From Haliotis cracherodii (Eukaryota): a stretch of 64,000 bases of DNA. Position numbers and translations under genes: made by a program. Of the stretch, positions 50,868 to 64,000 are shown in pieces (position 1 is the stretch's first letter; each line of letters begins with the position of its first letter). Location of the stretch: NCBI RefSeq assembly GCF_022045235.1, contig NW_027266267.1, forward strand, positions 31,062,001-31,126,000, given 5' to 3'. The notes under the pieces were generated by a model. It worked only from the letters and a program-made list of their open reading frames with translations. It was not told where the DNA came from and did not search any database.

Positions 50868-53800
50868 TCTACATCCACACCTTCAACCATCACATCCTCT
50901 CTACAACCACACCTGTAACCAACACATCCTCTCTACACCCACACCTACAACCAACACACCCTATCTACACCCACACCTACAACCAACACACCCTCTCTAC
51001 ACCCACACCTGCAACCATCACATCCTCTCTACACTCACACCTACAACCATCACATCCTCTCTACACCCACACCTACAACCAACACACCCTATCTACACCC
51101 ACACCTACAACCAACACACCCTATCTACACCCACACCTGCAACCAACACACCCTCTATACACCCACACCTACAACCATCACATCTTCTCTACACCCACAC
51201 CTGCAACCATCACATCCTCTCTACACCCACACCTGCAACCATCACATCCTCTCTACACCCACACCTGTAACCAACACACCCTCTCTACACTCACACCTGC
51301 AACCAACACACCCTCTCTACACTCACACCTGTAACCATCACATCCTCTCTACACCCACACCTGTAACCAACACACCCTCTCTACACTCACACCTGCAACC
51401 AACACACCCTATCTACACCCACACCTGTAACCATCACATCCTCTCTACACTCACACCTGCAACCAACACACCCTCTCTACACCCACACCTGCAACCATCA
51501 CATCCTCTCTACACCCACACCTGCAACCATCACATCCTCTCTACACCCACACCTGCAACCATCACATCCTCTCTACACCCACACCTGCAACCATCACATC
51601 CTCTCTACACCCACACCTGCAACCATCACATCCTCTCTACACCCACACCTGCAACCAACACACCCTCTCTACACCTACACCTGCAACCAACACACCCTCT
51701 CTACACCCACACCTGCAACCATCACATCCTCTCTACACCCACACCTGCAACCATCACATCCTCTCTACACCCACACCTACAACCATCACATCCTCTCTAC
51801 ACCCACACCTGCAACCAACACATCCTCTCTACACCCACACCTGCAACCAACACATCCTCTCTACACCCACACCTGCAACCATCACATCCTCTCTACACCC
51901 ACACCTGCAACCATCACATCCTCTCTACACTCACACCTACAACCATCACATCCTCTCTACACCCACACCTACAACCAACACACCCTATCTACACCCACAC
52001 CTACAACCAACACACCCTATCTACACCCACACCTGCAACCAACACACCCTCTATACACCCACACCTGCAACCATCACATCCTCTCTACACCCACACCTAC
52101 AACCATCACATCCTCTCTACACCCACACCTGCAACCATCACATCCTCTCTACACCCACACCTGCAACCATCACATCCTCTCTACACCCACACCTGCAACC
52201 ATCACACCCTCTCTACACCCACACCTGCAACCATCACATCCTCTCTACACCCACACCTGCAACCATCACATCCTCTCTACACCCACACCTGCAACCATCA
52301 TACCCTCTCTACACCCACACCTGCAACCATCACATCCTCTCTACACCCACACTTGCAACCAACACACCCTCTCTACACCCACACCTGCAACCATCACATC
52401 CTCTCTACACCCACACCTGTAACTAACATACCCTCTCTACACCCACACCTCTAACCAACACACCCTCTCTACACCCACACCTGCAACCAACACATCCTCT
52501 CTACATCCACACCTGTAACCAACACATCCTCTCTACACCCACACCTGCAACCATCACACCCTCTCTACACCCACACGTGTAACCAACACATCCTCTCTAC
52601 ACCCACACCTGCAACCAACACATCCTCTCTACACCCACACCTGTAACTAACACATCCTCTCTACACCCACACCTGCAACCAACACATCCTCTCTACATCC
52701 ACACCTGTAACCAACACATCCTCTCTACACCCACACCTGCAACCATCACACCCTCTCTACACCCACACCTGTAACCAACACATCCTCTCTACACCCACAC
52801 CTGCAACCAACACATCCTCTCTACACCCACACCTGTAACTAACACATCCTCTCTACACCCACACCTACAACCAACACATCCTCTCTACACCCACACCTGT
52901 AACTAACACATCCTCTCTACACCCACACCTGCAACCAACACATCCTCTCTACACCCACACCTGCAACCAACACATCCTCTCTACATCCACACCTGTAACC
53001 AACACATCCTCTCTACACCCACACCTGCAACCAACACATCCTCTCTACACCCACACCTGCAACCATCACACCCTCTCTACACCCACACCTGTAACTAACA
53101 CATCCTCTCTACACCCACACCTGCAACCAACACATCCTCTCTACACCCACACCTACAACCAACACATCCTCTCTACACCCACACCTGCAACCATCACACC
53201 CTCTCTACACCCACACCTGTAACTAACACATCCTCTCTACACCCACACCTACAACCAACACATCCTCTCTACACCCACACCTGCAACCAACACATCCTCT
53301 CTACATCCACACCTGTAACCAACACATCCTCTCTACACCCACACCTGCAACCAACACATCCTCTCTACACCCACACCTGCAACCATCACACCCTCTCTAC
53401 ACCCACACCTGTAACTAACACATCCTCTCTACACCCACACCTGCAACCAACACATCCTCTCTACACCCACACCTACAACCAACACACCCTATCTACACCC
53501 ACACCTACAACCAACACACCCTATCTACACCCACACCTACAACCAACACACCCTCTCTACACCCACACCTGTAACCATCACATCCTCTCTACACCCACAC
53601 CTGCAACCAACACATCCTCTCTACACCCACACCTGTAACCAACACATCCTCTCTACACCCACACCTACAACCATCACATCCTCTCTACACCCACACCTGC
53701 AACCATCACATCCTCTCTACACCCACACCTGTAACCAACACATCCTCTCTACACCCACACCTGTAACCAACACATCCTCTCTACACCCACACCTGTAACC

Positions 53801-54170
53801 AACACATCCTCTCTACACCCACACCTGCAACCAACACACCCTCTCTACACCCACACCTGCAACCATCATACCCTCTCTACACCCACACCTGCAACCAACA
53901 CATCCTCTCTACACCCACACCTGCAACCAACACACCCTCTCTACACCCACACCTGCAACCATCATACCCTCTCTACACCCACACCTATAACCAACACACT
54001 CTCCCTACACCCGCACCTACAACCAACATATCCTCTCTACACCCACACCTGCAACCAACACACCCTCTCTACACCCACACCTGTAACCAACACATCCTCT
54101 CTACACCCACACCTGTAACCAACATACCCTCTCTACACCCACACCTACAACCAACACACCCACACCTGCA
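50868..54170. repeat. Minisatellite, 32-bp unit acacccacacctgcaacca(t/a)cacatcctctct
   Basis: About 100 units. Extreme strand skew, with 0-1 G per unit on +. Confidence 0.98.
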
Positions 54171-56454
54171 CCCAACAGTCATGTTTTCTGCTCAATGCAT
54201 ACTGCTACACACACTATGAAAAATTGTAGGAACCTACAACTCCTTAATCAATAAGCTACAATTATACATGTGAATAATTATTTCAAAATACCTGACCAAA
54301 ATGTACTTTCCTATTACTGTTAATTGTCGGTGATGAAGTTGTCAAATCATTTGCTTCAATCAGTGGCTTTCATTTGGATTTGAAAGCTCTGATTGACAAG
54401 CTAGAATCATTTTTTCCCCCACTGCCACAATGAGAACAGGTTCATCATAACTGCCCAAAAAGGTCAGGGAGTGTTATTCCGGGGTATATCATATCCATCA
54501 TGATCTTCAGCTGCATCCAGTCTCCTACCATCATGGTATTATACAAAACAATTCACTCATAAGTGGTTTCTGAGATGAGAGTAAATAATAAGGACCATGT
54601 ACAGTTCTGGATATGTTGTGGGTACTGCATCTAACGATGCAGTGCTATTGATGACAGAAATGTAGCCTGGAGCTGAGAGCAGCTGATCTTACACTGTTGT
54701 AGCTCTGGTACATCTCTGGGAGAAGTACTTCATACAGATGACACAACTCTTGTCCAGGATCACCACCTCATGATCTGATAACGATATCAACCCTAAACAG
54801 GCCTTGCAGTAGCCCATATAGTAGGATCAAATATAGTTGTGTCCATCTCCAAGGAAGGAAATAATAAAGTTGCCTTCCAATTACTGGTGAGTTGTTTCTG
54901 AGTCCAGCTTTATTGTAGTGTTCATTGCCTGACTAATATGGCTGCCATCTGTCAGTCTCAGCAGCCGGTCTAGTGTAGGGCAGACACACATAAACCCTGC
55001 TTAGTGTTGTAGTAGTGCAATCCTCCTGAATACCACAGCACACCTGTGACATCATGTCTGTGTGATAGACACCGTAAACAAGCCGCTCTATACCCTACCA
55101 GCCATTAACTTGAGACATAAACTGGATTAGGCCACATTCCTCACAGCAATATCACAAAACATCTGAAATATTTTCGACCTTCGGTTATAAATTTGCTGAA
55201 GCAAACTTTCTTCTGAAACATTTGACAATTTGAGTATCCCACTCATCAAACTGGACAACTTTGATTTCCTCAGAGGCAACATGGCTTTTCAATAGCACAT
55301 GATCAAAGAAAACACGGCTGAAAAACATATCCATCGTGCAAAATTTCATGGACACACTTTTTCAAAACCCAAAGGAATATATTTATCACTTGAGATGTTT
55401 CTATCTTTGCATATTTTATTCAAGTTAATTTAAAAAAGTATTTAAAACGAAACTTCTCCAGCTAACTAATATGGCTTCAAGCTATGACAGGATGTGGAAC
55501 TGGCTGTCCACATGAGCTTCCTCCTCTGACAACTGGGCATGTCTCTCATCCACACAATATTACAGTCAACACAGGGTCATGTAGCTCCTCCACAGACACA
55601 GTACTGCACAGGTCTAACGTAATAGAACGGACGACCACTTTTGTATCTAGATCAATCAATACTATCACATCACACTGAAGGAATAAGCCTCTATCATTTC
55701 TTTCAAATAACTTTTTTGTGTAATTATTTTCTCTCAATATTACCAAAATTACAATTTCAACCCACCAAGTTATCCACTCAATTTATCAATTTGCGATTTG
55801 GCCACCATTTCAGACAAGTGGTCTAACCCTGGCTGATCACTCATCGATCATTGGCAAAAGGTTGGTGAAAGCCGACAAGTCTCTTATTTAACATTGATTC
55901 CAGCACATTCCATTCACACGTCCAATGTATCATCGTATTTCACACACTGCCTCCTAATAGCAGCTCTGTCTTTTCAATTTTCAATCACCAGGAACATTTT
56001 GGTAATTTTCCAAGAAAATTACACACAAGCAAAACTGACTTCATCTGTTTCTGACAATAGGGGTTACCAGATGTTTGAAAATCTGATCAGATTACATCGC
56101 AATCGCAGAAAATATCTGTGTACATATTAGCCATGGAAGTAATTAGAGTTGAGAACTTAGGTACATGCAGTAAGTACACACAAGTGTTATTCAAGTTTCT
56201 TGCTATCTGTTAATAATAAGAGCCACAGGTCAGACAATGCCTGTGAACTGTATGGTGCTGACAGCTGTAACCTGGGACAGCCAATAACTTCAGATACATC
56301 ATTCCATCAACCAGAGTCTCACATAAAGGCTTCACAGATATACTTAGTTAATATAGCAAGGCTGACAGCAGACAGGTTCAGTGTCTTGTGTACTGGCACC
56401 TCACACTTTCTCAGTGCCATAAATCAGACACTATCAGAGTTATGTGATTCCTGA

Positions 56455-59400
56455 CTGATGTGATGCAGGACAGAACAGGTCTTACACTGTCAGTGTCTGA
56501 TGTAATAGAGGACAGAACAGGTCTTATACTGTCAGTGTCTGATGTAATAGAGGACAGAACAGGTCTTACATTGTCAGTGTCTGATGTAATAGAGGACAGA
56601 ACAGGTCTTACACTGTCAGTGTCTGATGTAATAGAGGACAGAACAGGTCTTACACTGTCAGTGTCTGATGTAATAGAGGACAGAACAGGTCTTACACTGT
56701 CAGTGTCTGATGTAATAGAGGACAGAACAGGTCTTACACTGTCAGTGTCTGATGTGATAGAGGACAGAACAGGTCTTACATTGTCAGTGTCTGATGTAAT
56801 AGAGGACAGAACAGGTCTTACACTGTCAGTGTCTGATGTGATAGAGGACAGAACAGGTCTTACACTGTCAGTGTCTGATGTAATAGAGGACAGAACAGGT
56901 CTTACACTGTCAGTGTCTGATGTAATAGAGGACAGAGCAGGTCTTACACTGTCAGTGTCTGATGTGATAGAGGACAGAACAGGTCTTACACTGTCAGTGT
57001 CTGATGTAATAGAGGACAAAACAGGTCTTACACTGTCAGTGTCTGATGTAATAGACGACAGAGCAGGTCTTACATTGTCAGTGTCTGATGTAATAGACGA
57101 CAGAACAGGTCTTACATTGTCAGTGTCTGATGTAATAGACGACAGAGCAGGTCTTACATTGTCAGTGTCTGATGTAATAGACGACAGAGCAGGTCTTACA
57201 TTGTCAGTGTCTGATGTAATAGAGGAAAGAAGAGGTCTTACATTGTCAGTGTCTGATGTAATAGAGGAAAGAAGAGGTCTTACATTGTCAGTGTCTGGTG
57301 TAATAGACGACAGAGCAGGTCTTACATTGTCAGTGTCTGATGTAATAGACGACAGAGCAGGTCTTACATTGTCAGTGTCTGATGTAATAGAGGAAAGAAC
57401 AGGTCTTACATTGTCAGTGTCTGATGTAATAGAGGAAAGAAGAGGTCTTACATTGTCAGTGTCTGATGTAATAGACGACAGAGCAGGTCTTTCATTGACA
57501 GTGTCTGATGTAATAGACGACAGAACAGGTCTTACATTGTCAGTGTCTGATGTAATAGAGGAAAGAAGAGGTCTTACATTGTCAGTGTCTGATGTAATAG
57601 ACGACAGAACAGGTCTTACATTGTCAGTGTCTGATGTAATAGACGACAGAGCAGGTCTTACATTGTCAGTGTCTGATGTAATAGACGACAGAACAGGTCT
57701 TACATTGACAGTGTCTGATGTAATAGACGACAGAACAGGTCTTACATTGTCAGTGTCTGATGTAATAGACAACAGAGCAGGTCTTACATTGTCAGTGTCT
57801 GATGTAATAGACAACAGAGCAGGTATTACATTGTCAGTGTCTGATGTAATAGACGACAGAGCAGGTCTTACATTGTCAGTGTCTGATGTAATAGACGAAA
57901 GAACAGGTCTTACATTGACAGTGTCTGATGTAATAGAGGACAGAGCAGGTCTTACAATGTCAGTGTCTGATGTAATAGACAACAGAGCAGGTCTTACATT
58001 GTCAGTGTCTGATGTAATAGACGACAGAACAGATCTTACACTGTCAGTGTCTGATGTAATAGACGACAGAGCAGGTCTTACATTGACAGTGTCTGATGTA
58101 ATAGACGACAGAGCAGGTCTTACACTGTCAGTGTCTGATGTAATAGAGGACAGAGCAGGTCTTACACTGTCAGTGTCTGATGTGATAGAGGACAGAACAG
58201 GTCTTACACTGTCAGTGTCTGATGTAATAGAGGACAAAACAGGTCTTACACTGTCAGTGTCTGATGTAATAGACGACAGAGCAGGTCTTACATTGTCAGT
58301 GTCTGATGTAATAGACGACAGAGCAGGTCTTACATTGTCAGTGTCTGATGTAATAGACGACAGAACAGGTCTTACATTGTCAGTGTCTGATGTAATAGAC
58401 GACAGAGCAGGTCTTACATTGTCAGTGTCTGATGTAATAGACGACAGAGCAGGTCTTACATTGTCAGTGTCTGATGTAATAGAGGAAAGAAGAGGTCTTA
58501 CATTGTCAGTGTCTGATGTAATAGAGGAAAGAAGAGGTCTTACATTGTCAGTGTCTGATGTAATAGACGACAGAGCAGGTCTTACATTGTCAGTGTCTGA
58601 TGTAATAGACGACAGAGCAGGTCTTACATTGTCAGTGTCTGATGTAATAGAGGAAAGAACAGGTCTTACATTGTCAGTGTCTGATGTAATAGAGGAAAGA
58701 AGAGGTCTTACATTGTCAGTGTCTGATGTAATAGACGACAGAGCAGGTCTTTCATTGACAGTGTCTGATGTAATAGACGACAGAACAGGTCTTACATTGT
58801 CAGTGTCTGATGTAATAGAGGAAAGAAGAGGTCTTACATTGTCAGTGTCTGATGTAATAGACGACAGAACAGGTCTTACATTGTCAGTGTCTGATGTAAT
58901 AGACGACAGAGCAGGTCTTACATTGTCAGTGTCTGATGTAATAGACGACAGAGCAGGTCTTACATTGACAGTGTCTGATGTAATAGACGACAGAACAGGT
59001 CTTACATTGTCAGTGTCTGATGTAATAGACAACAGAGCAGGTCTTACATTGTCAGTGTCTGATGTAATAGACAACAGAGCAGGTATTACATTGTCAGTGT
59101 CTGATGTAATAGACGACAGAACAGATCTTACATTGTCAGTGTCTGATGTAATAGACGACAGAACAGGTCTTACATTGTCAGTGTCTGATGTAATAGACAA
59201 CAGAGCAGGTCTTACATTGACAGTGTCTGATGTAATAGAGGACAGAACAGGTCTTACATTGTCAGTGTCTGATGTAATAGACAACAGAGCAGGTATTACA
59301 TTGTCAGTGTCTGATGTAATAGACGACAGAACAGATCTTACATTGTCAGTGTCTGATGTAATAGACGACAGAACAGGTCTTACATTGACAGTGTCTGATG

Positions 59401-60208
59401 TAATAGAGGACAGAGCAGGTCTTACAATGTCAGTGTCTGATGTAATAGACAACAGAGCAGGTCTTACATTGTCAGTGTCTGATGTAATAGACGACAGAAC
59501 AGATCTTACACTGTCAGTGTCTGATGTAATAGAGGACAGAACAGGTCTTACATTGACAGTGTCTGATGTAATAGACGACAGAGCAGGTCTTACATTGTCA
59601 GTGTCTGATGTAATAGACGACAGAACAGATCTTACATTGTCAGTGTCTGATGTAATAGACGACAGAGCAGGTCTTACATTGTCAGTGACTGATTTAATAG
59701 ACGACAGAGCAGGTCTTACATTGACAGTGTCTGATGTAATAGAGGACAGAGCAGGTCTGACATTGACAGTGTCTGATGTAATAGAGGACAGAGCAGGTCT
59801 TACACTGACAATGTCTGATGTAATAGACAACAGAGCAGGTATTACATTGTCAGTGTCTGATGTAATAGACAACAGAGCAGGTCTTACATTGTCAGTGTCT
59901 GATGTAATAGACGACAGAGCAGGTCTTACATTGACAGTGTCTCATGTAATAGAGGACAGAACAGGTCTTACATTGTCAGTGTCTCATGTAATATACGACA
60001 GAACAGGTCTTATATTGACAGTGTCTGATGTGATGCAGGACAGAGGTCTTACATTGTCAGTGTCTCATGTAATAGGCAACAGAACAGGTCTTACATTGTC
60101 AGTGTCTGATGTAATAGACGACAGAACAGGTCTTACATTGACAGTGTCTCATGTAATATACAACAGAACAGGTCTTATATTGACAGTGTCTGATGTGATG
60201 CAGGACAG
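56455..60208. repeat. Minisatellite, 42-bp unit tctgatgtaataga(g/c)gacaga(a/g)caggtcttacattgtcagtg
   Basis: About 89 units in constant register. This is the source of the 1263-aa and 1153-aa ORFs. Confidence 0.98.
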
Positions 60209-60415
60209 AGGCACCAATGGATATGTCACTCTACCCAGTGGCACCAGTTGATATGTCACTCTACCCAGTGGCACCAATGGATATGGCACTGTACCCAGAG
60301 GCACCAATGGATATGTCACTGTACTCAGTGGCACCAATGGATATGTCACTATACTCAGTGGCACCAATGGATATGTCACTGTACCCAGAGGCACCAATGG
60401 ATATGTCACTGTACC
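60209..60415. repeat. Minisatellite, 30-bp unit ggcaccaatggatatgtcactgtacccag(a/t)
   Basis: About 7 units directly abutting the 42-bp array. Confidence 0.95.
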
Positions 60416-62429
60416 TCTTGATACCAAGAGATACGACTAGTCATACAAACTTATTATGTACACAATGACCAATTCTTCCCTTCCCAATTCTGGAACTAAC
60501 AGTGCCTGTGACACTTCTACAACACTACTTAGATATTCACTGAAATCTACTAATCCTATTGTTTCCAGGATGCTGGGATTCAGCCAGACGTGAGTATCCA
60601 CACTAATGTCCTCTTTCACACAACAAAAACTTTGGCTTCCTTTACAATCCAGTATACACTGTATTCCGTCTGAACCCATGCAGCCTCTCATTGCCTGAGC
60701 TAGGTCCCAGAAGACTCATCACAACTATTCTAATCACAGATATATGTACAGTCAATCAAACTAGTTTTTCTCTTTTTATCTTGGATACACAGCGCTCTCA
60801 AACCAACATTTCAAAGGTTGTTCTTCATTCATTATGTTGGTGCAGAGTTTCCTCGCTATTAACGGTAGGATTAAATTCTGCAAATGAAAGGGTCATGCTT
60901 GTGTGCAGTTATACTATATCCCATCAAACTAATACTATTCACTGTTGTTTAATGTCCTGCATTCCGTGCACCTGCAATCATCCTACAAACCGCCTGGTTC
61001 TCTAACCCCCCCTCTGTGCAGGTCCTGGTGCTCAAATACACAAACATTTCCAAATTGCAGCCTTCCCAGCAGACATCCCGACAACTACGCCCATGTGTCC
61101 CTGTTTGGAAAATAAACACAGTCGTGTGCCAGTTACCAGTTTTAACCCTTTCCAGGCCAAATTGTGCTCCAATTGTCTTAATTAAATGCCCTATGAATAC
61201 AGAAAGGTCACTTGAGCCCCCCTTATGTCCTCTATTGTCATTTCATGGGCTGCTAAAATAACAGAGAATCTGTGTTTGTTGAAATGCAAATGGATGCCAT
61301 TCTCAAGGGGATAGTGTCAGCCATACAACTGATTACATTATTAAGGGCCTTGATTGAGATATGGCCCTGGGTTTTCATTAAAAGCCTTTCTAAGGCAGAT
61401 TGTTTAAGCGAATGAATTTATCAAACACCAAAAACAACTTGATGACAGCTTTTTCTTTGAATAAAACATGACAGACTGAAATGTGAATAACATGGAAATC
61501 CTGTTTTAGCAGTGCTAATTAAATGTCAACAGAACAAAGGTTGTGAACTCTGAACTCCCATACCAAAGAAATATTGATGCAGATACTGAGATTTGTCTTT
61601 CGTGTTGATTATGTCACACATAATGGAAAACATCTGAGGTTGACTGGCGGATGCCTTGACAAAGCTTTGTGTGACACACTTCTTCAGCAGCCACAAATAT
61701 AATACTAAAAACAACTGTAACAGAATAACCATCAACCAAATTTGTCACTGTCTACTTCTGGAGTTGATGAACACTGTGAGCTGGTGACTGTGATTGGAGA
61801 GAGAGAGAGTCTCCCTTTCATCAAGTATTTACATAACAACACATGCCTGGTCAATTTTGACAAACAGCCTTTTAATATGACTTGGTCTGTGTTTCCCCTT
61901 GGGTACAGATCCCCCACAGACATAACATAATGCTACTCTGTAATATGTGGCCAACTGGCTGACACAGTAAAGTCAGCTTTACCTGGTCACTGATGTCCCA
62001 GTCTGCGAGGCCAGGAGTGAAACACAGCCAGTTTATCTGTGCATAAGTCCTTCAATTAATACTTTTGTGCACAACAACCGTTTGAAGTGAATTATCTAGT
62101 TCATCTTGTAGAGATCATTTGGAATGCACAGTGCACTGCCACTTCTGGGATTCCAGAGCAGTGGAGCATGACACTTTCCACAAGAATTTCCACCGACTCA
62201 AAATGGTCTGTGCAAAATCCTTCAACAAACTGAGCATAAACTATTGATCACTTAACATGGAAGTTATCAAAATAACATTTTACAATGTCAAGTGAATTTC
62301 ATTAAAAACAGTTCATGGTTCTGTAGCTGACCTAGTCCCTGACTATTTAAGGGACACATCTGTGTTGACACTTGGCAATATTTTGAGTCAGAATACATGC
62401 ATCACAGACACACTATAGTTCAAGCACAT

Positions 62430-64000
62430 GGAACATTCTTGGTCAGTCGGGCTCTGTGTGGAACATTGTCGGTCAGTCAGGCTCTGTGTGGAACATTGTT
62501 GGTCAGTCAGGCTCTGTGTGGAACATTGTCGGTCAGTCAGGCTATGTGTGGAACATTGTTGGTCAGTCAGGCTCTGTGTGGAACATTGTCGGTCAGTCGG
62601 GCTCTGTGTGGAACATTGTCGGTCAGTCAGGCTCTGTGTGGAACATTGTCTGTCAGTCAGGCTCTGTGTGGAACATTGTCGGTCAGTCAGGCTCTGTGTG
62701 GAACATTGTCGGTCAGTCAGGCTCTGTGTGGAACATTGTCGGTCAGTCTGGCTCTGTGTGGAACATTGTTGGTCAATCAGGCTCTGTGTGGAACATTGTA
62801 GGTCAGTGAGGCTCTGTGTGGAACATTGTCGGTCAGTCAGGCTCTGTGTGGAACATTGTCGGTCAGTCAGGCTCTGTGTGGAACATTGTCTGTCAGTCAG
62901 GCTCTGTGTGGAACATTGTCGGTCAGTCAGGCTCTGTGTGGAACATTGTCGGTCAGTCAGGCTCTGTGTGGAACATTGTCGGTCAGTCTGGCTCTGTGTG
63001 GAACATTGTTGGTCAATCAGGCTCTGTGTGGAACATTGTAGGTCAGTGAGGCTCTGTGTGGAACATTGTCGGTCAGTCAGGCTCTGTGTGGAACATTGTC
63101 GGTCAGTCAGGCTCTGTGTGGAACATTGTCTGTCAGTCAGGCTCTGTGTGGAACATTGTCGGTCAGTCAGGCTCTGTGTGGAACATTGTTGGTCAATCAG
63201 GCTCTGTGTGGAACATTGTCGGTCAGTCAGGCTCTGTGTGGAACATTGTTGGTCAGTCAGGCTCTGTGTGGAACATTGTCGGTCAGTGAGGCTATGTGTG
63301 GAACATTGTTGGTCAGTCAGGCTCTGTGTGGAACATTGTCGGTCAGTGAGGCAATGTGTGGAACATTGTTGGTCAGTCAGGCTGTGTGTGGAACATTGTA
63401 GGTCAGTGAGGCTCTGTGTGGAACATTGTCGGTCAGTGAGGCAATGTGTGGAACATTGTTGGTCAGTCGGGCTCTGTGTGGAACATTGTAGGTCAGTGAG
63501 GCTCTGTGTGGAACATTGTCGGTCAGTCAGGCTCTGTGTGGAACATTGTAGGTCAGTGAGGCTCTGTGTGGAACATTGTAGGTCAGTGAGGCTCTGTGTG
63601 GAACATTGTTGGTCAGTCAGGCTCTGTGTGGAACATTGTAGGTCAGTGAGGCTCTGTGTGGAACATTGTCGGTCAGTGAGGCAATGTGTGGAACATTGTT
63701 GGTCAGTCGGGCTCTGTGTGGAACATTGTAGGTCAGTGAGGCTCTGTGTGGAACATTGTCGGTCAGTGAGGCTCTGTGTGGAACATTGTTGGTCAATCAG
63801 GCTCTGTGTGGAACATTGTAGGTCAGTGAGGCTCTGTGTGGAACATTGTCGGTCAGTCTGGCTCTGTGTGGAACATTGTTGGTCAATCAGGCTCTGTGTG
63901 GAACATTGTAGGTCAGTGAGGCTCTGTGTGGAACATTGTCGGTCAGTCTGGCTCTGTGTGGAACATTGTTGGTCAATCAGGCTCTGTGTGGAACATTGTC
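62430..64000. repeat. Minisatellite, 30-bp unit gaacattgtcggtcagtcaggctctgtgtg (runs off the window end)
   Basis: At least 52 units in perfect 30-bp register. Confidence 0.98.

Noticed and set aside
50868-54170. Telomeric repeat
   Set aside because: The strand skew is telomere-like, but the unit is 32 bp with no TTAGGG-type repeat and is flanked by unique DNA on both sides.
1063-64000. Tandem arrays with 28-50 bp periodicity as CRISPR arrays
   Set aside because: Units are head-to-tail with no unique spacers, no cas genes are present, and the context is eukaryotic.

Overview
Eukaryotic, non-coding, repeat-dominated DNA. The SINE, HINE and LINE types suggest an invertebrate, most likely a mollusc; this is inference. 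No host protein-coding exon or functional RNA gene could be supported. About half of the 64 kb consists of ~24 mostly unrelated minisatellite arrays (units 20-69 bp, arrays 0.2-4.4 kb). These arrays produce nearly all the long ORFs in the six-frame track, and those ORFs are artefacts. Between the arrays lie: a ~4.2 kb degenerate APE-RT LINE (14844-19074) inserted into a minisatellite with a 12-bp target-site duplication (TSD); a Meta/MESC-type tRNA SINE plus a truncated relative; a decayed Tc1 transposon; a Tx1/L1-type 3' fragment; and two Helentron-associated (HINE-like) relics. The most unusual items are three. (1) A miniature LTR retroelement (TRIM, 19101-19543) whose ~160-bp LTRs each embed a tRNA-Arg-derived Pol III cassette, with a tRNA-Lys PBS and a PPT. 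(2) A ~295-bp MITE with ~84-bp TIRs carrying a tRNA-like A/B-box cassette. (3) A duplicated ~150-bp segment in which one copy grew into a 4.4 kb minisatellite while the other kept the single monomer. Coordinates, copy numbers and identities were read by eye, and array edges are approximate.
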